Assembly (NCBI GenBank): GCA_028716165.1
Contig: JAQUQI010000010.1
Coordinates: 1 to 57,601 of the forward strand
Direction: 5' to 3'
Source of the DNA: Candidatus Omnitrophota bacterium
Lineage (GTDB): Bacteria; Omnitrophota; Gorgyraeia; JABMRG01
DNA length: 57,601 bases
In this document: positions 8,743 to 20,403 of the stretch, in pieces
Numbering within the stretch: the first letter of the stretch is position 1
Layout of the letters: each line of letters starts with the position of its first letter
Translations under genes and position numbers: made by a program
The notes under the pieces: generated by a model
Databases searched by the model: none
Seen by the model: the letters and a program-made list of their open reading frames with translations, nothing else
Told to the model about the DNA's origin: nothing

Positions 8743-9531
8743 TTAGTGCTTATCGCGATTAGAGTGCGCGGCACACACGCCCCTTTTAGACTCTTTTATA
8801 AAATCGGCCAAATGCTTTATTTCCTCTCCGGCCAGCGCGGATTCCAGCTTGCTTAAAGCATTGCCCATATTAAGGCCTTGCCGGTATAGGATTTTATAAG
8901 CTTGCTTTATTTTGTCGCGGATAACAGGGCTTATGCCGGCACGCCTTAGGCCTATAATATTATACGCCGTAACCACATTGTCATCGCCTGTGCTCATGTA
9001 GGGGGGGAAATCTTTATTTAGCCTGACCCCGCCGCCTATAATAGATAGTTTCCCAATCCTGACAAACTGATGAATAAGACAGTTGGCAGAGACAAACGCC
9101 ATGTCTTCCACCTCCACATGGCCCGCCAGAAGGCTGTTATTACATATAATCACTTTATTGCCAATCTTGCAGTTATGGGCAATATGTGATAAGCACATAA
9201 AATAATTATTGTCACCAATAACGGTTGACGAACCATCTTCTGTGCCGCGATGCACAGTAACGTGCTCTCTAAAAACATTATGAGCGCCGATGATAACATA
9301 TGACTTGGTTCCTTTAAAAGCTATATCCTGCGGCTCACCGCCAAGGCAAGCGCCTGTGTGCACAATGCAACCGGCGCCGAGCCTGGAGCCTTTTAACACA
9401 TAAGCTCCGGCATGCAGTTTGCAGTTGGGGCCTATAATAACGTCGTCCTCTACCACCGCATAGGGGCCTATGTCGGCGCTTTTATCAATCTCGCTGTTCT
9501 TTGAAACTATTGCTGTTGGATGTATGCTCAC
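8743..9531 (-). CDS. lpxA: Acyl-ACP--UDP-N-acetylglucosamine O-acyltransferase
   Basis: Hexapeptide repeats; REHVTVHRGT, HIAHNC, LAGHV and IHQF motifs. Confidence 0.93.
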   Translation of the reverse strand: MSIHPTAIVSKNSEIDKSADIGPYAVVEDDVIIGPNCKLHAGAYVLKGSRLGAGCIVHTGACLGGEPQDIAFKGTKSYVIIGAHNVFREHVTVHRGTEDGSSTVIGDNNYFMCLSHIAHNCKIGNKVIICNNSLLAGHVEVEDMAFVSANCLIHQFVRIGKLSIIGGGVRLNKDFPPYMSTGDDNVVTAYNIIGLRRAGISPVIRDKIKQAYKILYRQGLNMGNALSKLESALAGEEIKHLADFIKESKRGVCAAHSNRDKH

Positions 9532-10223
9532 GGCGATAACTCCCTTTGCGTTCTTAAGTTAAACAACAAAACAAATTCCCCTCGTGCAGGCGTTTCTTCA
9601 AAATGCGCGATAAGCGCCGATACCTTCTGCCTGCGGATTTCCTGGAATTTTTTTGTAAGTTCTCTCGCGCATACCATAAATATATCGCCAAAAACAGCTT
9701 GGATGTCCCGCAGAGCCCGGCACAGCCGGTGAGGCGATTCATAAAGTATTATTGTGCGTGTTTCCTGCGTTAATTCAGCAAGGCGTTTTGTCCGTGCCGC
9801 TGTTTTCGGAGGCAAAAACCCCTCAAACACAAACCGATCGGTGGGCAGTCCCGAAACCGATAATGCCGCGGCCGCCGCGCTGGCACCGGGAACAGGCACA
9901 ACCTCAATACCCGCGTCAATGGCATCATGAATCACCCTGTAGCCAGGGTCGCTGATACCGGGCGTGCCCGCGTCGCTTACCAAGGCAACATCTTCACCGC
10001 GCGTGAGCCTGTTTATTATGCCCCTGGATTTGAAGTGTTTGTTGTGTTCAAAATAACTGGTCAACGGTTTATCAATACCGTAATGCGACAGCAAGATACC
10101 GGTATGCCGCGTGTCTTCGCACGCTATCACAGCAACAGATTTAAGCGTTTCAACAGCGCGATATGTCATGTCCGCCAAATGGCCTATTGGAGTTGAGACG
10201 ATAAATAATTTACCAAAACCCAT
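9528..10223 (-). CDS. rsmI: 16S rRNA C1402 2'-O-methyltransferase
   Basis: VSTPIGHLADMT, ACEDTRHT, SDAGTPGISDPG and YESPHR motifs. Confidence 0.97.
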   Translation of the reverse strand: MGFGKLFIVSTPIGHLADMTYRAVETLKSVAVIACEDTRHTGILLSHYGIDKPLTSYFEHNKHFKSRGIINRLTRGEDVALVSDAGTPGISDPGYRVIHDAIDAGIEVVPVPGASAAAAALSVSGLPTDRFVFEGFLPPKTAARTKRLAELTQETRTIILYESPHRLCRALRDIQAVFGDIFMVCARELTKKFQEIRRQKVSALIAHFEETPARGEFVLLFNLRTQRELSP

Positions 10224-10258
10224 ACCCGCTCCAGTGTTAAAAAATCGCGCCCATAAAA

Positions 10259-12082
10259 TTATTCCACCGTTACGGATTTAGCCAGATTGCGCGGCCGGTC
10301 CACGTCGCGACCGTTAGCAAGCGCGATATAATAGGCCAAAAGCTGTAAAGGCAGTACCGTAAGCATGGGGGAAAATAATTCGTTAGTACCAGGTATATAT
10401 ATGGTATGATCCGAATACCTGCCTATGTGGGGGTCTGCTTCAGTAGCGATACTGATAACAATACCCTTACGCGCCTTTATTTCCTGTATATTAGAAACCA
10501 TCTTGTCATAGGTAGCGGATTTTGGCACAATGCAAACAACCGGCATAGTTTTGTCAATCAACGCGATGGGCCCATGCTTCATTTCGCCCGCGCTGTAGCC
10601 TTCCGCGTGCACATAGGATATCTCCTTGAGTTTCAGCGCCCCCTCAAGCGCGTTGGGATAATTCAGGTTTCTGCCTAAATACAAGAAACAATTCTTGTCT
10701 TTGTGCTTCTTGCATACATTTTTTATGGCTCTAGTGTCACGTAAAATATCGCCCATACAGCGGGGTAGGCGCCGAATTTCATCAATCATTTTGGCCGTGG
10801 CCTGCCTGGCCAAAGCGCCGGAAATCGTGCCGGCATAAATGCCAAAAAGATACAGAACGCATAACTGCGCCGTATATGCTTTTGTTGAAGCCACTCCTAT
10901 TTCAGGGCCCGCGTGGGTATAAATAACGCTGTCCGATTCCCTTGTCATGGTAGCGCCTACTACATTGACTATTGAAAGCACCTTGGCGGATTGCTTTCGG
11001 GCCTGCCTGATGCCTGCCAGCGTATCGGCAGTTTCGCCCGACTGGCTTATCGCTACAACCAGCGTGTTTTTGCCCAATATGGGATTTCTGTAACGGAATT
11101 CGCTTGATACATCAACCTCCACGGGTATTCCTGTCAAGCGCTCTAAAATATACTTACCCACAAGGCCGGCATGATATGCCGTCCCGCACGCGACAATACA
11201 TATCTTTTTAACGCTTTTTATATACCGTTCCGGCAAGGTAAGCTCTTTAAAAAAAACTCCGCTTCCGCGGAGCCTGTGTTGCAAAATATTGCTTATCACG
11301 GCAGGCTGCTCATGAATCTCTTTTAGCATAAAGTGCTGATAGCCGCCTTTTTGCGCCTGCTTAATGTCCCAGGCAACGCGCGTCTGGGTCTTTTTGATTC
11401 TTCTCCCTTTGAAATCCGTAATACAAATACTATCTTTGGAAATAACGGCAAGCTCATTATCCTCTATATATATCACATCACTCGTATATTCTAAAAGCGC
11501 GGGTATATCGCTTGCCACATAATTTTCTTCCTTGCCAATGCCCACCACAAGCGGGCTGCCGCGCCTTGCCGCGAACAAGACTCCGGGAGTATAATTTGAA
11601 ATAATGCCGAGCGCGAAAGAGCCTTTCAACTGCCCTAAAGCCGCTCGGACCGCGGCGGCAAAATCGCCTTTATAGAATTTCTCAATCAGGTGGGGTATGA
11701 CTTCCGTGTCCGTATCGGAAAGAAATCGGTGGCCTTCAGCGGCAAGAGCGGTTTTCAGGTCTTCATAGTTTTCAATTATGCCATTGTGGACTACTGCTAT
11801 ATTTCCCAAACAGTCTAAGTGCGGATGAGCGTTGGCATGGCTGGGGATGCCATGCGTAGCCCACCTTGAATGGCTTATGCCGGTGCTCCCCGCCAATGGC
11901 CTTGCCGCAAGCAATGCCTCCAACCGGGACACCCTGCCTCTTTGTTTGCGCGCAATAATCTTGCCATCATGCATCACGGCCATCCCCGCCGAGTCATAAC
12001 CGCGGTATTCAAGCTTCTTAAGCCCGTTGAGCAAAAACGGTTGAGCCGGACGCCTGCCTATATAACCTACTATGCCGCACAT
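10259..12082 (-). CDS. glmS: Glutamine--fructose-6-phosphate transaminase
   Basis: N-terminal MCGIVG, EYRGYDSAG, SQSGETADT and C-terminal PRNLAKSVTVE. Confidence 0.99.
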   Translation of the reverse strand: MCGIVGYIGRRPAQPFLLNGLKKLEYRGYDSAGMAVMHDGKIIARKQRGRVSRLEALLAARPLAGSTGISHSRWATHGIPSHANAHPHLDCLGNIAVVHNGIIENYEDLKTALAAEGHRFLSDTDTEVIPHLIEKFYKGDFAAAVRAALGQLKGSFALGIISNYTPGVLFAARRGSPLVVGIGKEENYVASDIPALLEYTSDVIYIEDNELAVISKDSICITDFKGRRIKKTQTRVAWDIKQAQKGGYQHFMLKEIHEQPAVISNILQHRLRGSGVFFKELTLPERYIKSVKKICIVACGTAYHAGLVGKYILERLTGIPVEVDVSSEFRYRNPILGKNTLVVAISQSGETADTLAGIRQARKQSAKVLSIVNVVGATMTRESDSVIYTHAGPEIGVASTKAYTAQLCVLYLFGIYAGTISGALARQATAKMIDEIRRLPRCMGDILRDTRAIKNVCKKHKDKNCFLYLGRNLNYPNALEGALKLKEISYVHAEGYSAGEMKHGPIALIDKTMPVVCIVPKSATYDKMVSNIQEIKARKGIVISIATEADPHIGRYSDHTIYIPGTNELFSPMLTVLPLQLLAYYIALANGRDVDRPRNLAKSVTVE

Positions 12083-12172
12083 AAATTTAATGTATCAGAT
12101 AAACCTTTGCCGTTTGAGGTAATTACAAATAAGATTTTCGGGGCCAGGACAGGGATAATATTCAGTCACCGA

Positions 12173-13789
12173 TTATTCTTCTTTCCCGGATTTATAGCGC
12201 AATATATACCTATACTGCTCCATGTCCGTCTGCTGACTTGTATACGGCGCGACCACAATATAAGATAAAGAGTGTTCTTTAAATTTTTGTTTTATATTCG
12301 GAGTATGGAAACCGCCGGCGATTAGGACAGCAACCGGAGCTTCCTCATCCTTCATGAGCCGCAATGTATGGCGCATAAATGCGTCGTCTCTGTCGTTAGC
12401 CAAGTCGTAAAACTTAACAAGGGTGGACAGATTTTTGTCAAGCACATACGCGGCTTTTATGGTATCCACGTCTATCTTGCTGCGTTGCGCCTGTTGCTGC
12501 AGGAACTCAATCCAGCCGGCCGTAATAAAATCATTACGGTTATTCTTGTAATAAGAAAAATCATCGGGCACAAGCTTAAGATGCAAAAAGTTGTCTAACA
12601 CCTGCGCACTTCTGGCAATACTATACAAACGCTGCTGGCGGGGTTCATGTATCCGGGCAGTTTCAACAGCGCGCAAAACGGCATTGGCCTCTTCAAATAC
12701 GGCCGCTGTATTAATACTGTCGTGGGCTTTTATATAAACGATATATTTTTCAAGGTTTGTGAATGCCTGCAAGGATAGGCCCGACTGGCGGGCAACATCC
12801 ATAAGATAATCGTGATACTGGACCGGGGTAAGTTTATTAAGCTTAAACTCCAATGATTTTGTAACAAGCTCAGCCAATTCCTGCTTGGACAGGATTTTAG
12901 ACAACCGCTCAATAAGTTCCGTGCGCTCTTTTTCCGCTAATGTAAACTTGATGGTTGATTCAGACTCCACCACAGACATAAAACGCAAGAAATTAGGGTA
13001 TAAAGAAAGATCCCGCTTCTCCTTGGCCGCCGCAGCGTGCAAATATTTATAATATTCAGCTAAAGATATCTTTTCATTGTCATAATCGGACTTTACGCGC
13101 TCAAGCTCTGAAAGCTGTGGCGTATAGATGCTTTGCTTCAACTTCTCAATGACATTTTTAAGAGCATTAAGTTCCGATGCCGCCTGCTGCCTGAAAGCAT
13201 CTATGGCAAAAAACGTGTCAAGATTGGCCCTGTATAAGCTCTCGTCTTCGGCGCCCTCAATCTTGATATCGTAATCGGATACTATGTCTAAATATTCTTC
13301 GCCGGATATTTTGCCTTCTTTTAAATAGTCTTCGGCAACGCTCTGCCTGCGTTCACTACCCGCGTAGGAACGCAGATATGAAAGATTAACATTGCCCCAG
13401 CCGCCTTCCACCATAATCAGCTTCAGTTGGTTTTCATTAATAAGCGATTCCAGAATTTTGCTTAAGTTTTTCTGCGCCTCATAGTTTGTGTGTATGTCCT
13501 GTATGTGGATTACGGTCCCGGCCGACGCGCCAGCAGCCGTATAGCTTTCAACTATATGGCCAGCGCCCTCTGGTATAACTATCGGGATAGGCATGGGCTT
13601 AACCCCGGAGGGGTCTTGCGCTCCGGTGGGAACAGCCTGCGGAAGGTCCGTCACGGAAGCCCGCGGCCGGTCCGCGTTATTTTTGTGACCTGGTCCGGAA
13701 AAACGTCCGGCAATCACCCATGCTATAACAACAAAAACGACAAACACAGCCAACCCGATAATGCCCGCCCGCTTATATTGTCTATTCAT
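12173..13789 (-). CDS. Membrane-anchored hypothetical protein with ChaN/TIKI(TraB)/EreA-like motifs
   Basis: 538-aa ORF with an N-terminal hydrophobic helix and a Pro-rich linker. Motifs IHIQDIH, MVEG, IEGAED, RDDAF and VLIAGGFH flank a long helical insert. The family assignment is by eye. Confidence 0.6.
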   Translation of the reverse strand: MNRQYKRAGIIGLAVFVVFVVIAWVIAGRFSGPGHKNNADRPRASVTDLPQAVPTGAQDPSGVKPMPIPIVIPEGAGHIVESYTAAGASAGTVIHIQDIHTNYEAQKNLSKILESLINENQLKLIMVEGGWGNVNLSYLRSYAGSERRQSVAEDYLKEGKISGEEYLDIVSDYDIKIEGAEDESLYRANLDTFFAIDAFRQQAASELNALKNVIEKLKQSIYTPQLSELERVKSDYDNEKISLAEYYKYLHAAAAKEKRDLSLYPNFLRFMSVVESESTIKFTLAEKERTELIERLSKILSKQELAELVTKSLEFKLNKLTPVQYHDYLMDVARQSGLSLQAFTNLEKYIVYIKAHDSINTAAVFEEANAVLRAVETARIHEPRQQRLYSIARSAQVLDNFLHLKLVPDDFSYYKNNRNDFITAGWIEFLQQQAQRSKIDVDTIKAAYVLDKNLSTLVKFYDLANDRDDAFMRHTLRLMKDEEAPVAVLIAGGFHTPNIKQKFKEHSLSYIVVAPYTSQQTDMEQYRYILRYKSGKEE

Positions 13790-13811
13790 TTTTTAACCCT
13801 ATAAAAGTATA

Positions 13812-13886
13812 TGGTGACCCCAGCGGGACTCGAACCCGCGTAAACGGCTCGAAAAGCCGTTGTCCTAACCGCTAGACGATAGGGCC
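13812..13886 (-). tRNA. tRNA-Glu(UUC)
   Basis: Cloverleaf GGCCCTA...ACGGC-TTTTCGA-GCCGT...GGTTCGAGTCC...TGGGGTCACCA; CCA is encoded. Confidence 0.95.
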
Positions 13887-13902
13887 ACACATGTCTTGTA
13901 AA

Positions 13903-16338
13903 TTATTCACCATCTTCGGCAACCACAGAGGCCACGGCCGACACCTTGTCCTTGCCGCCCTTTAGTGATATAACGCACACCCCCTGCGTTGAGCGCCCGC
14001 TCAACCTTATACCCTGCACGGGGGTCCTTACAATCGCTCCGCTTTCGGTAATTAACATGACCTCATCTTTATCGGTCACCGCGCGCACAACCACGGCAAG
14101 ACCGGTCTTGTCTGTTGTTTTGATATTGATAATACCTTTCCCGCCGCGCGCTTGCAACCTGTATTCTCCAAGGGGCGTCCTTTTGCCAAAACCTTTTTCT
14201 GAAATTGTCAAAAGGGCCGCTCCCGCGCGCGCAACCGCCATGCCGATAACAATGTCTTTACCCTCCAGAGATATGCCGCGCACGCCCTGTGCAGACCGGC
14301 CCATGTTCCTTATAGAACTGGATTTAAACCTAATGGCCTTGCCGTCTCTGGTGGCTAATATGATGTCGTCTTTGTCTTCCGTGCAAGCCGCTTCAATCAA
14401 ATGATCCCCTTTTTCAATCGTTATACCTATAATCCCGCCCTTACGGGTATTGGCATACGCTGCGAGTTCGGTCTTTTTGACCACACCATGTTCTGTGGCC
14501 ATAAAAATATAACCGCCCTTGTTAAAATCTTTTACGCGGACAAAAGCGCTGACAGATTCACCGGGAGCGAGCTGTAAAACGTTGACAATCGCCTTGCCTT
14601 TAGACGCTCTGCCCGACTGCGGAATTTCGTGTACCTTTAACATATAGGCCTTGCCTATATTGCTAAAAAATAATATATACTCATGCGTGGTAGCAATAAA
14701 CAGGTGTTCAGCAAAGTCTTCTTCTTTTAATTCCGCGCCTACCACGCCCTTGCCTCCGCGTTTTTGACGCCGGTAAGCGCTGACCGGTAAGCGTTTGATG
14801 TAGCCGCCGTGGCTGATTGTTATAACCACGTCTTCATCAGCTATCAGATCTTCTATTTTGAGATCATCTAACTCCGCGACAATATCAGTGCGCCTGTCAT
14901 CGCCATACTTTTTTTGCATTTCCAACAATTCGGTTTTTATAATAGAGAGAACCTTGGTATCGCTGGCTAATATCGCTTCGTACTCCTGTATTTTTTTCAG
15001 TAGTTCTACATACTCCGCTTCTATTTTGCCCCGCTCAAGAGCTGTCAGGCGCTGTAATTGCATTTCAAGTATGGCCTGCGCCTGCCTGGGGCTTAATTCA
15101 AAATTGTCTATAAGGGCCTGTTTAGCGGTGTGGGTGTCTTTGGCAGAGCGGATTGTTTTAATAATCTTTTCTATGTGATCAAGCGCTATCTTTAATCCTT
15201 CAAGTATATGAGCCCTGTCCTGGGCCCTGCGCAATAAGAAGTCTGTCCTCCTCCTGATAATATCCTTGCGATGCTCAATATAAAGGTCAAGCATCTGGCG
15301 CAGGTTCAAAACCCTCGGCTGGTTATTCACCAGGGCTAACATAATAATACCGAATGTTGAAGCAAGCTGGGTATGTTTATACAGTTGGTTCAATATCACC
15401 TGTGCGGGATAATCGCGCTTTAATTCTATCACAATCCTGATGCCTTCCTTGTCTGATTCATCGCGTATGTCCGATATACCGTCAATACGCTTATCGGATA
15501 CAAGGTTGGCGATGGATTCTATCAGGTTTGTTTTATTCACCTGGTACGGCAACTCTGTCACAATGATAGCGCTTTTGCCGGATTTTTGTTCTTCTATTTG
15601 GGCCCTGGCGTGCAACTTAATAATACCGCGGCCGGTCTCATAAGCGCTTTTTATACCGCTTCTGCCGCAGATGGTAGCTCCCGTAGGAAAATCAGGGCCT
15701 TTTATGATTTTCATAAGCCCGCTTAAATCAACCTGCGGCTCATCAATTACCTTGATCAGGGCGTTTACCGTTTCGCTAAGATTATGCGGAGGCATATTCG
15801 TCGCCATGCCGACAGCTATTCCGCTACAGCCGTTAACCAGCAGTGTCGGCAAAGCGGACGGCAAGATAACCGGCTCAGTCAGCGATTCATCAAAATTTGG
15901 GACAAAATTAACCGTTTCCTTGTCTATGTCGGCGAGCAATTCATCGGCTATAGATGCCATGCGTGCTTCAGTATATCGCATGGCCGCGGCGGGATCTCCG
16001 TCAATAGAGCCCCAGTTGCCCTGGCCATCCACAAGCGGATAGCGCAAAGAAAAATTCTGGACCATGCGCACCAGCGCGTCATATACGGAAGCATCGCCGT
16101 GAGGATGATACCTGCCCAGGCAATCGCCCACTATACGCGCGCTTTTTTTATAAGGCTTGGACCTTTGCAGATTCAGACCATGCATAGCATAAAGTATTCT
16201 GCGTTGGACAGGCTTCAAACCGTCCCTGGCGTCCGGTAAGGCGCGGCCCACGATAACGCTCATAGCGTAATTAATATAAGAATCCTTTATCTCGTCTTCA
16301 ACATAACGCTTTGTTATCTTTTCGCCCTGCGTATACAT
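13903..16338 (-). CDS. gyrA: DNA gyrase subunit A
   Basis: [23 protein letters not shown] (catalytic Tyr) and the GyrA-box QKRGGKG. Confidence 0.99.
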   Translation of the reverse strand: MYTQGEKITKRYVEDEIKDSYINYAMSVIVGRALPDARDGLKPVQRRILYAMHGLNLQRSKPYKKSARIVGDCLGRYHPHGDASVYDALVRMVQNFSLRYPLVDGQGNWGSIDGDPAAAMRYTEARMASIADELLADIDKETVNFVPNFDESLTEPVILPSALPTLLVNGCSGIAVGMATNMPPHNLSETVNALIKVIDEPQVDLSGLMKIIKGPDFPTGATICGRSGIKSAYETGRGIIKLHARAQIEEQKSGKSAIIVTELPYQVNKTNLIESIANLVSDKRIDGISDIRDESDKEGIRIVIELKRDYPAQVILNQLYKHTQLASTFGIIMLALVNNQPRVLNLRQMLDLYIEHRKDIIRRRTDFLLRRAQDRAHILEGLKIALDHIEKIIKTIRSAKDTHTAKQALIDNFELSPRQAQAILEMQLQRLTALERGKIEAEYVELLKKIQEYEAILASDTKVLSIIKTELLEMQKKYGDDRRTDIVAELDDLKIEDLIADEDVVITISHGGYIKRLPVSAYRRQKRGGKGVVGAELKEEDFAEHLFIATTHEYILFFSNIGKAYMLKVHEIPQSGRASKGKAIVNVLQLAPGESVSAFVRVKDFNKGGYIFMATEHGVVKKTELAAYANTRKGGIIGITIEKGDHLIEAACTEDKDDIILATRDGKAIRFKSSSIRNMGRSAQGVRGISLEGKDIVIGMAVARAGAALLTISEKGFGKRTPLGEYRLQARGGKGIINIKTTDKTGLAVVVRAVTDKDEVMLITESGAIVRTPVQGIRLSGRSTQGVCVISLKGGKDKVSAVASVVAEDGE

Positions 16339-16389
16339 TTGAATACCCTTCGATTGGCGCGTTTGCGCCGCGCCTCTTAAATCCTGCTG

Positions 16390-19219
<2,830 letters not shown>

Positions 19220-19224
19220 TGTGG

Positions 19225-20319
19225 TTACACTATTTGCATAGGCAAAACAATATACACATACTCATCTCTTATTCGTAACACGGCGGGTTTTTCAGGGCCC
19301 GTGAATTCAATCTCAACCCTTTCCTCTTCAATGTTTTTTAATACATCCAATAAATACGCGGGATTAAAACCTATTTGCATTTCAGACCCCGAATAAACCA
19401 CCTCAATATCTTCAACAGCCTCGCCAACCTCTGGTGTTGTTTTACTGATAATAAGCCTGTTTTTTGCTAAATGTAATTTTATCGCCTGTGATTCCGCCGT
19501 TGTTAATAGGCTGGCTCGCTTGATGGCGGGTATCAACAATGACTTGTCGGCGACAAGGGTATTATCTGATTTTTTCGGTATCGCCTGTTTATAGTTAGGG
19601 TATTCCCCTTCAATTAATCTTGATATAATATTAGTGTTGTTAATCTGAAACACCACCTGGTTGGGTGTCAGGCGTATCTCCACACCGCCATCATCTTTTA
19701 AGGTCTTAAACACCTCTTGGATGGTTTTAGATGGGATAATAATTGTTGCGGTTTCTTTAATTTCGGATTTATGGGGTTTTTTGATAATAGCCAGCCGCCT
19801 GCCGTCTGTTGCGATTGCCTGTATCGCTCCAGGGGCTATTTCAATACAAACACCATTAAGAACATATCTCGTCTCCTCCTTACTCATCGCGAAAACCGTG
19901 TATACCAGCATTTGTTTGAATGTTTTTTGATCTATTATAAGGGTTTGCGCGTTTTGTTTTGTTGGTATATTAGGAAACTCTTCTTTTGGTGTTGTTAGAA
20001 TTTTATATGTAGCGTGTTTTGCGGTAATTAATATTGTGTTATTTTTTTTGGTTGCTATTTGAATTTCCTCATTAGGAAATTCTTTTATAATATCCTGAAA
20101 CCTTTTGGCCGGTATGGTTGTTGAGCCTTGTTCAGTGATATTAGCTTCTTGTGTATGTGTAATACCAATATCCAAGTCTGTTGCGGTTATGTTAATATTA
20201 TTATTACCCGCTTCAAATAAAATATTAGATAGAATAGGTAATGTGTTTTTTGTGGTAACCGCGCCCATAACAGCTTGTAATGATTCTAATAATGATTGTT
20301 TTGAAATAGTTATCCTCAT
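19225..20319 (-). CDS. dnaN: DNA polymerase III beta clamp
   Basis: LPILSNIL, ATDLD, TRYVLNGV, ATDGRRLA, RLIEGEYPNY and GFNPAYLLD motifs. ATG 20319 is preferred over GTG 20325. Confidence 0.98.
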   Translation of the reverse strand: MRITISKQSLLESLQAVMGAVTTKNTLPILSNILFEAGNNNINITATDLDIGITHTQEANITEQGSTTIPAKRFQDIIKEFPNEEIQIATKKNNTILITAKHATYKILTTPKEEFPNIPTKQNAQTLIIDQKTFKQMLVYTVFAMSKEETRYVLNGVCIEIAPGAIQAIATDGRRLAIIKKPHKSEIKETATIIIPSKTIQEVFKTLKDDGGVEIRLTPNQVVFQINNTNIISRLIEGEYPNYKQAIPKKSDNTLVADKSLLIPAIKRASLLTTAESQAIKLHLAKNRLIISKTTPEVGEAVEDIEVVYSGSEMQIGFNPAYLLDVLKNIEEERVEIEFTGPEKPAVLRIRDEYVYIVLPMQIV

Positions 20320-20400
20320 ATCCACAAGTCCTATTACAGCTTTTAATATTTAATTAAATAAAATAGTATTTATAGTAATATGTGTTGATAAGTTAGTATC
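20318..20400. other. Putative oriC unwinding region (DnaA box, DnaA-trio run, AT-rich DUE)
   Basis: On the minus strand, TTATCAACA (20383-20391) is followed by ca-TAT-TAC-TAT-AAA-TAC-TAT and an almost pure A/T tract. A second 1-mismatch box, ATATCCACA (plus, 20318-20326), overlaps the dnaN start. Confidence 0.75.
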
Positions 20401-20403
20401 TTT

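Noticed and set aside
12083-12172. glmS ribozyme upstream of glmS
   Set aside because: The gap is only 90 nt and lacks the conserved AGCGC/GACGAGG core.
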